From an uncultured virus (IMG/VR IMGVR_UViG_3300018005_000013) (taxonomy: Duplodnaviria > Heunggongvirae > Uroviricota > Caudoviricetes): a DNA stretch of 64,000 nt. Numbering within the stretch: position 1 is the first letter of the stretch; each line of letters begins with the position of its first letter. Positions 20,024 through 28,669 of the stretch are shown in pieces. The DNA is taken from the IMG/VR virus record IMGVR_UViG_3300018005_000013; one strand, written 5' to 3'. The notes beneath the pieces were generated by a model. The model saw nothing but the letters and a program-made list of their open reading frames with translations. It was not told where the DNA came from and ran no database searches. A program made the position numbers and the translations under genes.

Positions 20024-20715
20024 GGCACCTCCGGTTTGTTGACCAGGCCATGCTTTAGGGCAAAGAGCGCCTTCATGCGGACGCACCGGTCGAAACGCTC
20101 CTTGTCGTAGGGCGAGGTTCGGCCCGGCTGCGGGTGATCGACGGGGATGGTGGGCAGGGCGACGAATGGAAATCCCATCTGCCGGGCCCGGTAGCCCAAG
20201 TCCACATCCTCAAAGCCCGCGGGGGTGAAGTTCTCGTCGAATCCGCAGAGAGCATCCCAGGTCCCCCGCCGGAAGGCCAGCAGGAAGCCGTCCGGGTAGG
20301 GCACAACCAGGTCCCCAAAGATGTTCCAGCCAGAGGGGGCGTCGTTCACGTGCTTGCAGACGACGGCGCTCGGCTGGTGGGCCAGCGCGTCCGAAATCGG
20401 GCCGATGAAATCGCCGCGGACGACCACGTCGTCGGATAGGAGAATGATAATCTCGCCTTGCGCCAGCGCCGCCCCCGCGTTCATTCCGCCCGCGAAGCCG
20501 CGGTTTTCCGGGAGCGCGAGGGGCCGGATCAGGGCGTCAAATGCCGGGTCCGACAGGATCAGGGCGAGGGCCAGCCCGTACCCGCTGTCGCGGACCCCGT
20601 TCAGGACCGGGAGAATCTCCGCCTCATATCCGCGGGTCCATTGGTTCAGTTCCTTCATCCGCTGCTGGAACCGCTCGGCACTCGTGTAGGTCAGGAGGAC
20701 AATGGTCGCTTTCAC
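20020..20715 (-). CDS. Glycosyltransferase family 2
   Basis: NRGFAGGMNAGA, LLSDDV, GFDENF..GFEDVDL. Confidence 0.9.
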   Translation of the reverse strand: MKATIVLLTYTSAERFQQRMKELNQWTRGYEAEILPVLNGVRDSGYGLALALILSDPAFDALIRPLALPENRGFAGGMNAGAALAQGEIIILLSDDVVVRGDFIGPISDALAHQPSAVVCKHVNDAPSGWNIFGDLVVPYPDGFLLAFRRGTWDALCGFDENFTPAGFEDVDLGYRARQMGFPFVALPTIPVDHPQPGRTSPYDKERFDRCVRMKALFALKHGLVNKPEVP

Positions 20716-21554
20716 CGTCCCTCCCGGACCATCTTGGCCAGCGCCTCCGCCGGATTGGTAATCGGCAGACGCAGGCTCCTCGCCTTGCCGACAGCGAGCG
20801 CAGACCGCAGGGGCCTGGGCACCCGCGGCTTGCCGACGTTTAGCACCTCGGGAAGGCCGAGCCCGTAGGCGGCAGCGATCTGCGCGACCCAGGCTCGGCC
20901 CAGCAGCGCCGGGTAGCCAGCGTAATGGAGGACGCCGACCGCGGGCGGGCTCAGGTGGGCCAGCATGGAGAGTCCGAAGGCAAAGTCGGGGATGTAGGTC
21001 GGCTGCTTGTAGACATTCTGGTGCACCCGGAACGGCTCGCGGGCGCGCATGAGGCGGACCGCCGACTGGACGAAATCCTCTTTGCCGGGGAGGATCGTCG
21101 GCCCAAAGAGATCGAGGGTGCGCACAATCAGGGTCGGCCCACGGCCCAGGATCGCCGCGGTCTCGCCCCCTAGCTTCGACAATGAGTAGAAATTGACCGG
21201 GTTATAACCGTCGTCCGTCTCCTTGTAGTATCGGCACCCCAGCAGTGCCCAGTCGCCGCCGTGGTACACGAAGCCGGTGGAAATATGAATCAGGAGGCCA
21301 GTGAAAGATCGGCGCAGCACCCCTGGCACGCGGACGTTGGCCCGGATGACCGCCTCGCGGTTGGCCGGGTCCTCTGCGGCGTCCACCCGGGTCCAGGCGG
21401 CGCAGTTGATAATCACATCCGGTTTGATCTCGGCGACGGCCCGGCCCACGGCTTCCGGGTCGGCGCAGTCGCATCGCAGGGCCGCCGTCCCGGGCTCGTG
21501 CTCCACGAGCCAGGACCCCAGCCTCCCCCTTGCACCGGCGACGGCGATCCTCAT
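20712..21554 (-). CDS. NDP-4-keto-sugar reductase (RmlD-like)
   Basis: GARGRLG, INCAAWTRVDAAE, HISTGFVY, PVNFYSLSKLGGE, QPTYIPD. Confidence 0.88.
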   Translation of the reverse strand: MRIAVAGARGRLGSWLVEHEPGTAALRCDCADPEAVGRAVAEIKPDVIINCAAWTRVDAAEDPANREAVIRANVRVPGVLRRSFTGLLIHISTGFVYHGGDWALLGCRYYKETDDGYNPVNFYSLSKLGGETAAILGRGPTLIVRTLDLFGPTILPGKEDFVQSAVRLMRAREPFRVHQNVYKQPTYIPDFAFGLSMLAHLSPPAVGVLHYAGYPALLGRAWVAQIAAAYGLGLPEVLNVGKPRVPRPLRSALAVGKARSLRLPITNPAEALAKMVREGR

Positions 21555-21558
21555 GGTC

Positions 21559-22503
21559 TCACTTGGGAATCCCGTCCGTGACCTCGAGGGTGCGCAGGGC
21601 CGGTGTATCCACGGGCTGGATGGCTTCTCCCGCGGGCGCGATAGAGGTGCGCAGATGGTACTGGTGGTAGCCGTGGATTCCCGGAGGCATGATGTCCACG
21701 TATCCGTGGCGGGCCCGGTAGTCGAGCAGGTAGAAGTCGATGCTGGCGTGGCCGAGCATCTCCGGCATGTCGGACCAGATCGGGTCCTCCCGGGTCGTCG
21801 CCCCAACGAACCACCAGGGGAAGTACATGACGCACTTCCAATGGGAGTTGTGCTGGTTGGCCAGGCACTCGCCATGCGTCTCGTAGGTCGGCATCTTCTC
21901 GACGGCGCGAACGTCGGAGTGCCAGTCGGTCGAGTCCAGCCCGACCTGGCACGCGGCGTCGAAGAATCCGCAGCGCAGGATGGAAAACTTGGGGCGGCCC
22001 GCCCAGTCCGGGCAAGGCTTGCGGTCTATGGTGTAAATGCTGGACCGGTCTGCCGGGAAGACTAGGGACCGCACCAGGTAGGCGCAGGCGTCCTGGGTGA
22101 GCATAAGCTCAGGCTGCATGGCGGCGACATACTTGCCCTGAGCCTCGGCCAACAGCGCCTTCAGACCGCGGCTTGGATCGGCGCAGAACCCCTGGCGCTG
22201 AAGTTTGAAAAAACGCACACGCAAGTACGGTTCGAATCGGCGACAGGGCTCACTCAGGTCCATCTCGTCGCCCATCTGCGCGACCAGGACCTCGATGGCG
22301 CGGAAGTCCTGGCGGGCAAGGCACTCTAGCGAACGCAGGATTTGGGCGCGCCGGTAGTTGTTGGCGGCGAACATAACGGAGAGCGTTATGGGCAGGGAGT
22401 CGTCGCGGGGTTGCAAGTCGTCCAGCCGCAGTTTCGGCTCAATCCCGCTCCATGGGTCCGGGTCCCTGGGCTTGAAGGCGAGGAACTGCGGCATCGGATA
22501 CAT
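21559..22503 (-). CDS. Divergent GT-A fold (family 2-like) glycosyltransferase
   Basis: LSVMFAANN..ILRSLECLARQDF..IEVLV; AQGKYVAAMQPE (QPE at the DxD position); YHQYH. Confidence 0.65.
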   Translation of the reverse strand: MYPMPQFLAFKPRDPDPWSGIEPKLRLDDLQPRDDSLPITLSVMFAANNYRRAQILRSLECLARQDFRAIEVLVAQMGDEMDLSEPCRRFEPYLRVRFFKLQRQGFCADPSRGLKALLAEAQGKYVAAMQPELMLTQDACAYLVRSLVFPADRSSIYTIDRKPCPDWAGRPKFSILRCGFFDAACQVGLDSTDWHSDVRAVEKMPTYETHGECLANQHNSHWKCVMYFPWWFVGATTREDPIWSDMPEMLGHASIDFYLLDYRARHGYVDIMPPGIHGYHQYHLRTSIAPAGEAIQPVDTPALRTLEVTDGIPK

Positions 22504-22504
22504 T

Positions 22505-23080
22505 CTACCTCCCCGTGTCGTCGAAAATCTGCTGGACCCGGTCTGAGCGCGGCGTGTCAGGATCGGGCTCGCTGTCGAAGTTCCATCCCTGTTTCCCGTG
22601 CATGGCCCTCTGCCAGTCGTTCTCGTCGAGCGGCCCGTGGGGGCTGACGCGGGGGCCCATCCAACGCCAGGAGGGTATGCGTGCCAGGGGCGGCGGCCTT
22701 CCGCCTCCGGTCCAGCAGGCCAGGATTGTCCCGGCAAGCTGCGTGGCGTTCATGGCACGCGGGTCGAACCCCTCGGCGAACGCGATGGCCTCTAGCTCCT
22801 CGCGGGCCATTGCCAGAAGAAGGCGTAGCGTCCCGTCCTGCGTCAGCCGGGCTCTCCGTTGGTAGGCGTCACCAATAACCGGCACAACAGCGGGCGGCGT
22901 CTCGTCCCGCTCTGCCCACTGGTCAAAAATGGCCTGACGCAGGGCCGCATTGACAAGCCCCTTGGGGTTGATCCCCTCGGTAATGGCAATCGCCTCAAGT
23001 TCGGCACGGCTTAGGCTGTCCAGGAGCGGGGCGCGGGTGTTCTCCGGCGGCGCAGGCTTGCGACGCGCTGACTTAGGCAT
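22505..23080 (-). CDS. Protein with two Rho-N/HeH-like helical repeats
   Basis: LSRAELEAIAITEGINP..NAALRQAI and MAREELEAIAFAEGFDP..ATQLAGTI. Confidence 0.6.
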   Translation of the reverse strand: MPKSARRKPAPPENTRAPLLDSLSRAELEAIAITEGINPKGLVNAALRQAIFDQWAERDETPPAVVPVIGDAYQRRARLTQDGTLRLLLAMAREELEAIAFAEGFDPRAMNATQLAGTILACWTGGGRPPPLARIPSWRWMGPRVSPHGPLDENDWQRAMHGKQGWNFDSEPDPDTPRSDRVQQIFDDTGR

Positions 23081-23402
23081 ATCTTGGTCCCCTCTGGATT
23101 GGTCCGTTCCACCGATCCACGTCCGCCTGGCTGGCGACGGTGATGATGCCCTTCTTTTTGTGGTTGCAGCAGCCGCCCTCTTTGGCTTGCAGGCAAGGCA
23201 GGTCGCGGAGTTCAACCCAGCACATGGAGAGGTGGGCCCGGACACTAAAGACATAGTCGCCGCGTGTCCGGTCAGGCCGGGGGCAGGAGACGAGCACCTG
23301 CATTTCTTGATAATACTTGACGGCGATCTGGCCAACGGCGTTCCGAACGGGCTGTGGGTCGGGCATCTGCGCTCCGCGAGGCCAGGGGTGGCGTCGGTAC
23401 AA
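23073..23402 (-). CDS. Small protein downstream of MCP with GGCC motif
   Basis: RBS AAGGGAG before TTG; similar to 8061..8465. Confidence 0.6.
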   Translation of the reverse strand: MYRRHPWPRGAQMPDPQPVRNAVGQIAVKYYQEMQVLVSCPRPDRTRGDYVFSVRAHLSMCWVELRDLPCLQAKEGGCCNHKKKGIITVASQADVDRWNGPIQRGPRYA

Positions 23403-23437
23403 TTGTCTCCCTTTTCGATTGATAATGCAAGTGGACC

Positions 23438-23475
23438 AAAAAAGAGGGCGGGGAGGCTTTTCATGCCTCCCCGCC
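23438..23475 (-). terminator. Rho-independent terminator after major capsid gene
   Basis: GGCGGGGAGGC-ATGAAAA-GCCTCCCCGCC (11 bp stem) followed by CTCTTTTTT on the minus strand. Confidence 0.88.
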
Positions 23476-23518
23476 GCTTCGGGGCTCGTCTTCCGATGAG
23501 GGGGATCAGATCACCCCG

Positions 23519-24709
23519 TTACCCGATGACCGGGCAGGTCGTGATGATCGAGCCCGTGAAGTACCCGTCGTAGCGGCTCTGGGCGCAGCAATGCTTCACG
23601 ACCAGAGCGGTCTTGGCCCACACCTCGAAAGCGATTGCGGTGCATCCAGGGACCAAGTCCTGAAGGGCGAGCGGAATCTGCGTGATCTTGAAGACCAGGG
23701 GCACGCCGTTGTGGTTCATGCGGAGGCCGAAGAGGTCCGTCACGAAGCCGTTGCCGCCCGCGGGGGTGCGGTCGAAGTTGCGGTCCGACACGACGCCCAG
23801 CCGTCCGATTCCGGTGTTCACGAACCCGCCGAAGTTGAAGCCGGGGGTGATCCGGTCGCCGGTGTTATACGTGATGAGTTGCGATCCGTTGTAACCCAGG
23901 GCGAAGTAGGCCATCATAAGTTCCTGAATGGCCTGCGGATGGCCGAAGATCGTGGTCGGCTTGGCGCAGGACGCGGCCAGGAAGCGGTCGAAGGTCTGCG
24001 CGGTGAAGGACGACCCGGAGCTTGTGCCAGAGGCATAGTTGCAGCAGGACGGATCGACCAAAGCCTCAAGGCCGGAGAACTCCAGAGGATTGACAGAGGC
24101 GTCCCCTTGGATCAGGAGCCGGTCCCACCCGTTCATGACGAGCGTCATGGCCAGGCGGATTTCCTTTTCCTTGAGGTCGGCGACGTATTCCTGCTGGAAC
24201 GATCCGACGGCGGAACCACCGGGGAGTCCCTCTCCTGCAGGGGCGGGGCCTACCAGCCGATTGATGCCGTTCCAATTGGCTGCGGCAATCGCCGCCGAGT
24301 GCATGATCTCAGAGACGGAGAGGTTCTTTTTCGCCCCGATGTTCTTGAGGGTGACGGTTGTGGGCATGCCGTCGTGGGCGTATTCCTCAGGGCAGTTCCC
24401 GTCCGCGAAGGAGATGTAGCTCGAGCCGGACGTGAAGGCTAGGGCGTTCAACTCCCGCCACGTGTGCTGGTAGAGCGCCGTGGTTTCCTCGGGGATCGCC
24501 TGCCACGCCGAAAGTTCCTCGCACATGGCGATGATTTCGGTCGTGTCAAGCGGGGTCGGGTACTGGCCCGCGAAGTCCGGCGGAGTCGCGTAAGGAACGG
24601 GACTCTGCAGGGGGTCATCGGCGCGGGAAACGAAAGCCGGGCCGCCGCCTTGACCAAGATTCAGAACCTTCTCGCCCGGTTCGAGGGCTGCAGCGATTTC
24701 AGCGCCCAT
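23519..24709 (-). CDS. Major capsid protein
   Basis: 396 aa, GGAGG RBS, follows protease/scaffold and precedes a terminator; LIQGD..NPLEFSGL motif typical of HK97-fold capsids. Confidence 0.88.
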   Translation of the reverse strand: MGAEIAAALEPGEKVLNLGQGGGPAFVSRADDPLQSPVPYATPPDFAGQYPTPLDTTEIIAMCEELSAWQAIPEETTALYQHTWRELNALAFTSGSSYISFADGNCPEEYAHDGMPTTVTLKNIGAKKNLSVSEIMHSAAIAAANWNGINRLVGPAPAGEGLPGGSAVGSFQQEYVADLKEKEIRLAMTLVMNGWDRLLIQGDASVNPLEFSGLEALVDPSCCNYASGTSSGSSFTAQTFDRFLAASCAKPTTIFGHPQAIQELMMAYFALGYNGSQLITYNTGDRITPGFNFGGFVNTGIGRLGVVSDRNFDRTPAGGNGFVTDLFGLRMNHNGVPLVFKITQIPLALQDLVPGCTAIAFEVWAKTALVVKHCCAQSRYDGYFTGSIITTCPVIG

Positions 24710-24774
24710 GGTAATTCCTCCAAAGCAAAAAGATGGCACCGCGCTTGACATCCCCCGTGACAGGGGATACGCGC

Positions 24775-26886
24775 TTAGCCCTCGTTGATTCCTACGCTCC
24801 GGCGGGCGATGTCCCGGATGGACACCTTACCCGTGGCGGATCGGGTCACGGACGCGGGGCTGACCGGCGCGACACGCACCGCTCGCCTCACGGGAGGCTG
24901 CGGCTTGGTCGGGCCCGGGACACTCCGCTTCTCTAGCTGGTTCACGCGATTGACCAGAGGAGCGACTACCTCGGTCAATTTTTCGACCGCATCTGTCAGG
25001 GCGGCGATACTGCCCGCCGTCGGTGCTGGCTCTCCAACCTCGGGGGCCTCGGGCACCGGCCCCGCGTTGATCCCCAGGGCAATCGCATCGCCCAGGGCGT
25101 TCATCGCGGGCTGAATGGACATGAGTTTCTCCTGCACGCTCGCCCCCGGTGTCGCTAGGGCAGCGTCGTAGGCGTCCTGCAAGGCGTCGCAGGCCTCGTC
25201 GAGCACATGCTCCTCGTCGTCGCCTACTTCCTGGCGGCTCACGACGGGCACGGGTGCGACCCTCTTCTCTAGCAGGGCGCGCACAGCGGTGAGGGTTTCC
25301 AGATTGACCACGTCCAGCCGATCACGGAACTGGCTCAGCGCCTTGGTAATTAGGTTCTCGCGCTCGGCTTCGGGGCGCGTCGCCGCGTTCTGAATCACCG
25401 CGGCCAGGACACCCCATCCGTCGAGCATCGGGTTCTTGCTCAGAGCCGCCTCGGCTTCGTCCAGCGTCACTCCAAAGGCGGCGCGTTCCTGCGCCTGGGC
25501 CGCAGTGACTTCCCGCTGGCCCTCCGCCTCCTTCGCGGCAGCGTCGGCCTTTTCCTTCTTTTTCTTGGCCGCTTCCTCGGGTGTGTCCTCGTGGTACATA
25601 TCGCGCTTGGCAATGGCCGCAGCCGCAGGCTCCATCACGGCGTCGGCCTCGTCCATGACCTTTTTGCGGGCGGCTTCCGCCGCAGCCTCGGCCCTGGCTT
25701 CCTTGTCCGACTTGCCGTCACCCTTTTTGGTCACGGCTTCCTCGGCCTCGTCCATCACCTTTTTGCGGGCTGCCTGCGCCGCGGCTTCCGCCTTGGCGAC
25801 ACGAGCCGCATGGCTGGCGTCCGGCTCGCCCTCGATCTTCTCGCCGTCCTGGCGGACCACGACCGCGCCGGGGGCAACGCCCTCGGCAGCGCGCTCGGTC
25901 AGCGCACCGCTGCGCTTTTCCAGGTCCTTGGCGAGTTCCTCGCCGACGATGCTCGCGGCATCTTCCACTCGAGTGGTCATGGCTCGCTCCTCCAGCTTGA
26001 TCTCAGTATCCGGGTAGGCGGGCCTCCGGGTCAAGGCCAAATGGACTAGCTGCCCTTCCCGGTAGCTCTTGTTCCCTACCCCCTCGTCGCACTGCGGACA
26101 CCGGTCGAGCAGGCTCTTGCGGGTAAAAATGCCCGATCCGGGGTGGTTGTGCGCCCAGTCGATGAAAGCAATGGAAATCCTGACCCGGTTGCCCGGCGTC
26201 TGGTTTTGCTCGATGTCCCGCTTTACGGCCTCGTAGGAAGCCTTGCCGAGCGGGGTCTCGGCGAAGGTGCCGCGGGCCTTGAAAACGTCGCCGTCCACCC
26301 AAATCTGATCCGCCGTCCCGGCCACCCCGGCCCCTTCCAGGTCCAGGTAGTGGGAAACGGACAGGTAGGGCAGGCCGCCGTTCCAGGCGCGGCTCCTGAA
26401 AGGCTCGGGGGCTTCCTCGCCGCGTTCGATCCGCTTCACAAAGTCGCGGAACAGCGTGACCGTCATGTTGTCACCGTACAGGTCCCGCTTGGTCCCGCTG
26501 GCCGTGGCGTACCAGCGCCGCTGGTGCGTCTGGGGGTCCTGCGCGACGCGGGTGATGTACATATCGGTCGTGCGCATCGGCATGTGGTAGGTGCCCGGAT
26601 TGATAATCGCCTCCCCTACGCTCATACGGCCCTCCGGTCGTGGGGAAAATATGTTACAGATTCCGTCCGGTTCAACCTCGCGCCTCCAAAGGGCGCACTG
26701 GTCCTTCTCGAACTGGACACAGGCCTCGCACTTGCGTCCGGGAACGCCACCCATGGGGTCGTAGTCTGCGCGCCCCCAAGCGGCGGCGGGTACCGGCGGG
26801 GTTGTCTCCTGGCGTTTGAGTTCATCCCCCGTCGTGTGGCTGCTGCGTGCCTCCTTGCCCCCCGCGCTCGGCTGGTCCGGCATCAT
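24775..26886 (-). CDS. Prohead protease fused to C-terminal scaffold
   Basis: YATASGTKRDLYGD..H..SIAF..HLALTRRPAYPDT (HK97/assemblin-like protease pattern), then an Ala/Glu/Lys coiled coil; directly upstream of MCP. Confidence 0.82.
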   Translation of the reverse strand: MMPDQPSAGGKEARSSHTTGDELKRQETTPPVPAAAWGRADYDPMGGVPGRKCEACVQFEKDQCALWRREVEPDGICNIFSPRPEGRMSVGEAIINPGTYHMPMRTTDMYITRVAQDPQTHQRRWYATASGTKRDLYGDNMTVTLFRDFVKRIERGEEAPEPFRSRAWNGGLPYLSVSHYLDLEGAGVAGTADQIWVDGDVFKARGTFAETPLGKASYEAVKRDIEQNQTPGNRVRISIAFIDWAHNHPGSGIFTRKSLLDRCPQCDEGVGNKSYREGQLVHLALTRRPAYPDTEIKLEERAMTTRVEDAASIVGEELAKDLEKRSGALTERAAEGVAPGAVVVRQDGEKIEGEPDASHAARVAKAEAAAQAARKKVMDEAEEAVTKKGDGKSDKEARAEAAAEAARKKVMDEADAVMEPAAAAIAKRDMYHEDTPEEAAKKKKEKADAAAKEAEGQREVTAAQAQERAAFGVTLDEAEAALSKNPMLDGWGVLAAVIQNAATRPEAERENLITKALSQFRDRLDVVNLETLTAVRALLEKRVAPVPVVSRQEVGDDEEHVLDEACDALQDAYDAALATPGASVQEKLMSIQPAMNALGDAIALGINAGPVPEAPEVGEPAPTAGSIAALTDAVEKLTEVVAPLVNRVNQLEKRSVPGPTKPQPPVRRAVRVAPVSPASVTRSATGKVSIRDIARRSVGINEG
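25637..25793 (-). repeat. Tandem duplication in scaffold (AEAAAxAARKKVMDEA x2)
   Basis: Two near-identical DNA copies TCGGCCTCGTCCAT.ACCTTTTTGCGGG about 100 bp apart. Confidence 0.85.
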
Positions 26887-26890
26887 CTCG

Positions 26891-28669
26891 TCACTTACCG
26901 CCAAACTTCTGGACGTGGTACGCGATGGAATCTTTCAGATTCGTGCTCATGCGGATCGGCCCCGCCGAGTCCTTGGGAAATGCTTTGGCCCCAACCGCCT
27001 CGCCGAGGACATCCTGCCAGGCGTGTTGCTCGAGGACGTGGCGGGCCGCCAACTCGCTGCCGCCTTCCTCGGCCTCGCTGTGCGGACCCTTAGCCATTTG
27101 TTCGCTCACAACGTCCTGTAGGTTGCGCAGGCCCTTCAGGGTGTGGGACTTGGCAAGATCACGGGCCCAGGCCTCGTAGGACTTGTCGTCCAGCTTGGTC
27201 ACGTCGCCATTCCAGGCGGGTTTGACGCCCAACTGCTTCGCCGCCTCTTCCTGCGTGGGGCCACCCATTACGTCAGCAATGGGCTTCGGCATCAGGAGCG
27301 TCTGGGCGGCAATCTTTCGCCCATGGCCCTCTAGCGTGGTCGGGTGCCCCGCAGCGATCGCGCGCAGGCCCCCACCGCCCGGTGCGCTTCCACCAACCTC
27401 TCCGGGTCGGCCCGTATGGCCTATGTTACCGCTTCCGGGTCCGCCGCGGGCGATCAGGGTCGGCACGGACCAGACCCCGATGCTACGCTGGGTCGCATGG
27501 GCCAGGCGCGTCCGTCCCGGGCCGCCCGTCGGTTTCCAATAGGGCCTCTCGAACTCCACGTCATAGCCGTGGTCCTTGGCGACATCCCGGATCGCCTGGG
27601 TTTTGTCCTCGGCCATCCAGTTGTGTAGTGTGACAACCGTCCTGCCGCTCTCGGTCCTGGCGCTGACCCGATTGCCGAGGCCGAACACGTCGAGTTGCTG
27701 GTTCACCTTGAACTTGGCGTCGTGGATGTCCGCATGCGGCTCCTGACCGGGCGGGAGGCTCGTAACCGTGCCGACCCGGCCCTCTCGCCTGCCCTGCTCG
27801 AAGGCTAGTTTGTTGCCCGTCGGGGCCGGGGCCTCTTTCGCGCCCTCAGCCACGGCATTGTCGAAGGCTGCGCGGGCTTTGCCCTTGTCGCCCGTCTCCT
27901 GCAGGACACGGCGCGCCTCCGCCATGGCCCTGCCGTATCGCAGGCCCTCGGGCGTGCCCTCGCGGTGCATTTTCAGGGCCCTATTCGCCCCGTTCCCGCC
28001 GCCCCCTCCGGGTGCGCTACCGCCGACCTCGCCCGGTCGGCCTGCGTGGCCAATGTTCCCACTGCCGGGGCCGCCGCGGGCAACTCGCGCCGCCTCAAAT
28101 ACGGACAGGGCTTGGCTCGGGTGCAAACGCCCCGGTGCGAACATAGTCCCGGGTTCCTTCTTCGGCTTCCGGGCGGCGCGCTCGACCGCCAGGCTTTTTG
28201 CCTCGAGGGCCGCCATGTTGTTTCTATGAATCCCCTCGTGCACGGCCATCTGCGCGTTGCGCAGGTTGTCGGGGTAGCTGTCCAGGTTCCCGCTCTGCTG
28301 TTCGTCTAGCAGCAGGACCTTCGACTCGGGGGCCTTGTTTGGCTTGCCCTCTTTGGAAAAGTAAGTCTTGGCCTCTTCGGTCCATCGGTCAGAGAGCATA
28401 CGTGCCCGGCCCTCGTTCTTCTCGAGCAGGCTCAGACGCCAATTTTCCCTGGGAGAATTTCGCAGGTAAACGTGCCAGAGTTTGCCCTCCGGCGCGGTTC
28501 GATTCCCAGGGGCCTCTCCGCCCCCGCCGCCGGGGGCCGATCCACCGGCCTCGCCAGGCCGACCCGCGTGCGCGAAGTCGCCCGACCCAGGGCCGCCTCG
28601 CGTCAAGAGAGAAGCAGAGGCGTCCAGCACTACCAGCGCCGCGTGCAGTTCCCGGTTGCGGTCCATCAT
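26891..28669 (-). CDS. Putative capsid-internal polyprotein with 3 RGG-GSG-H-GRPG tags
   Basis: 592 aa; three copies of the tag separate unrelated segments. Confidence 0.8.
   Translation of the reverse strand: MMDRNRELHAALVVLDASASLLTRGGPGSGDFAHAGRPGEAGGSAPGGGGGEAPGNRTAPEGKLWHVYLRNSPRENWRLSLLEKNEGRARMLSDRWTEEAKTYFSKEGKPNKAPESKVLLLDEQQSGNLDSYPDNLRNAQMAVHEGIHRNNMAALEAKSLAVERAARKPKKEPGTMFAPGRLHPSQALSVFEAARVARGGPGSGNIGHAGRPGEVGGSAPGGGGGNGANRALKMHREGTPEGLRYGRAMAEARRVLQETGDKGKARAAFDNAVAEGAKEAPAPTGNKLAFEQGRREGRVGTVTSLPPGQEPHADIHDAKFKVNQQLDVFGLGNRVSARTESGRTVVTLHNWMAEDKTQAIRDVAKDHGYDVEFERPYWKPTGGPGRTRLAHATQRSIGVWSVPTLIARGGPGSGNIGHTGRPGEVGGSAPGGGGLRAIAAGHPTTLEGHGRKIAAQTLLMPKPIADVMGGPTQEEAAKQLGVKPAWNGDVTKLDDKSYEAWARDLAKSHTLKGLRNLQDVVSEQMAKGPHSEAEEGGSELAARHVLEQHAWQDVLGEAVGAKAFPKDSAGPIRMSTNLKDSIAYHVQKFGGK

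Noticed and set aside
11558..22503. Sugar cluster as a host O-antigen locus or assembly chimera
   Set aside because: Same strand and tight gene coupling as flanking phage genes, carries the same TGRHAAT motif, and lacks wzx/wzy/ABC export genes.
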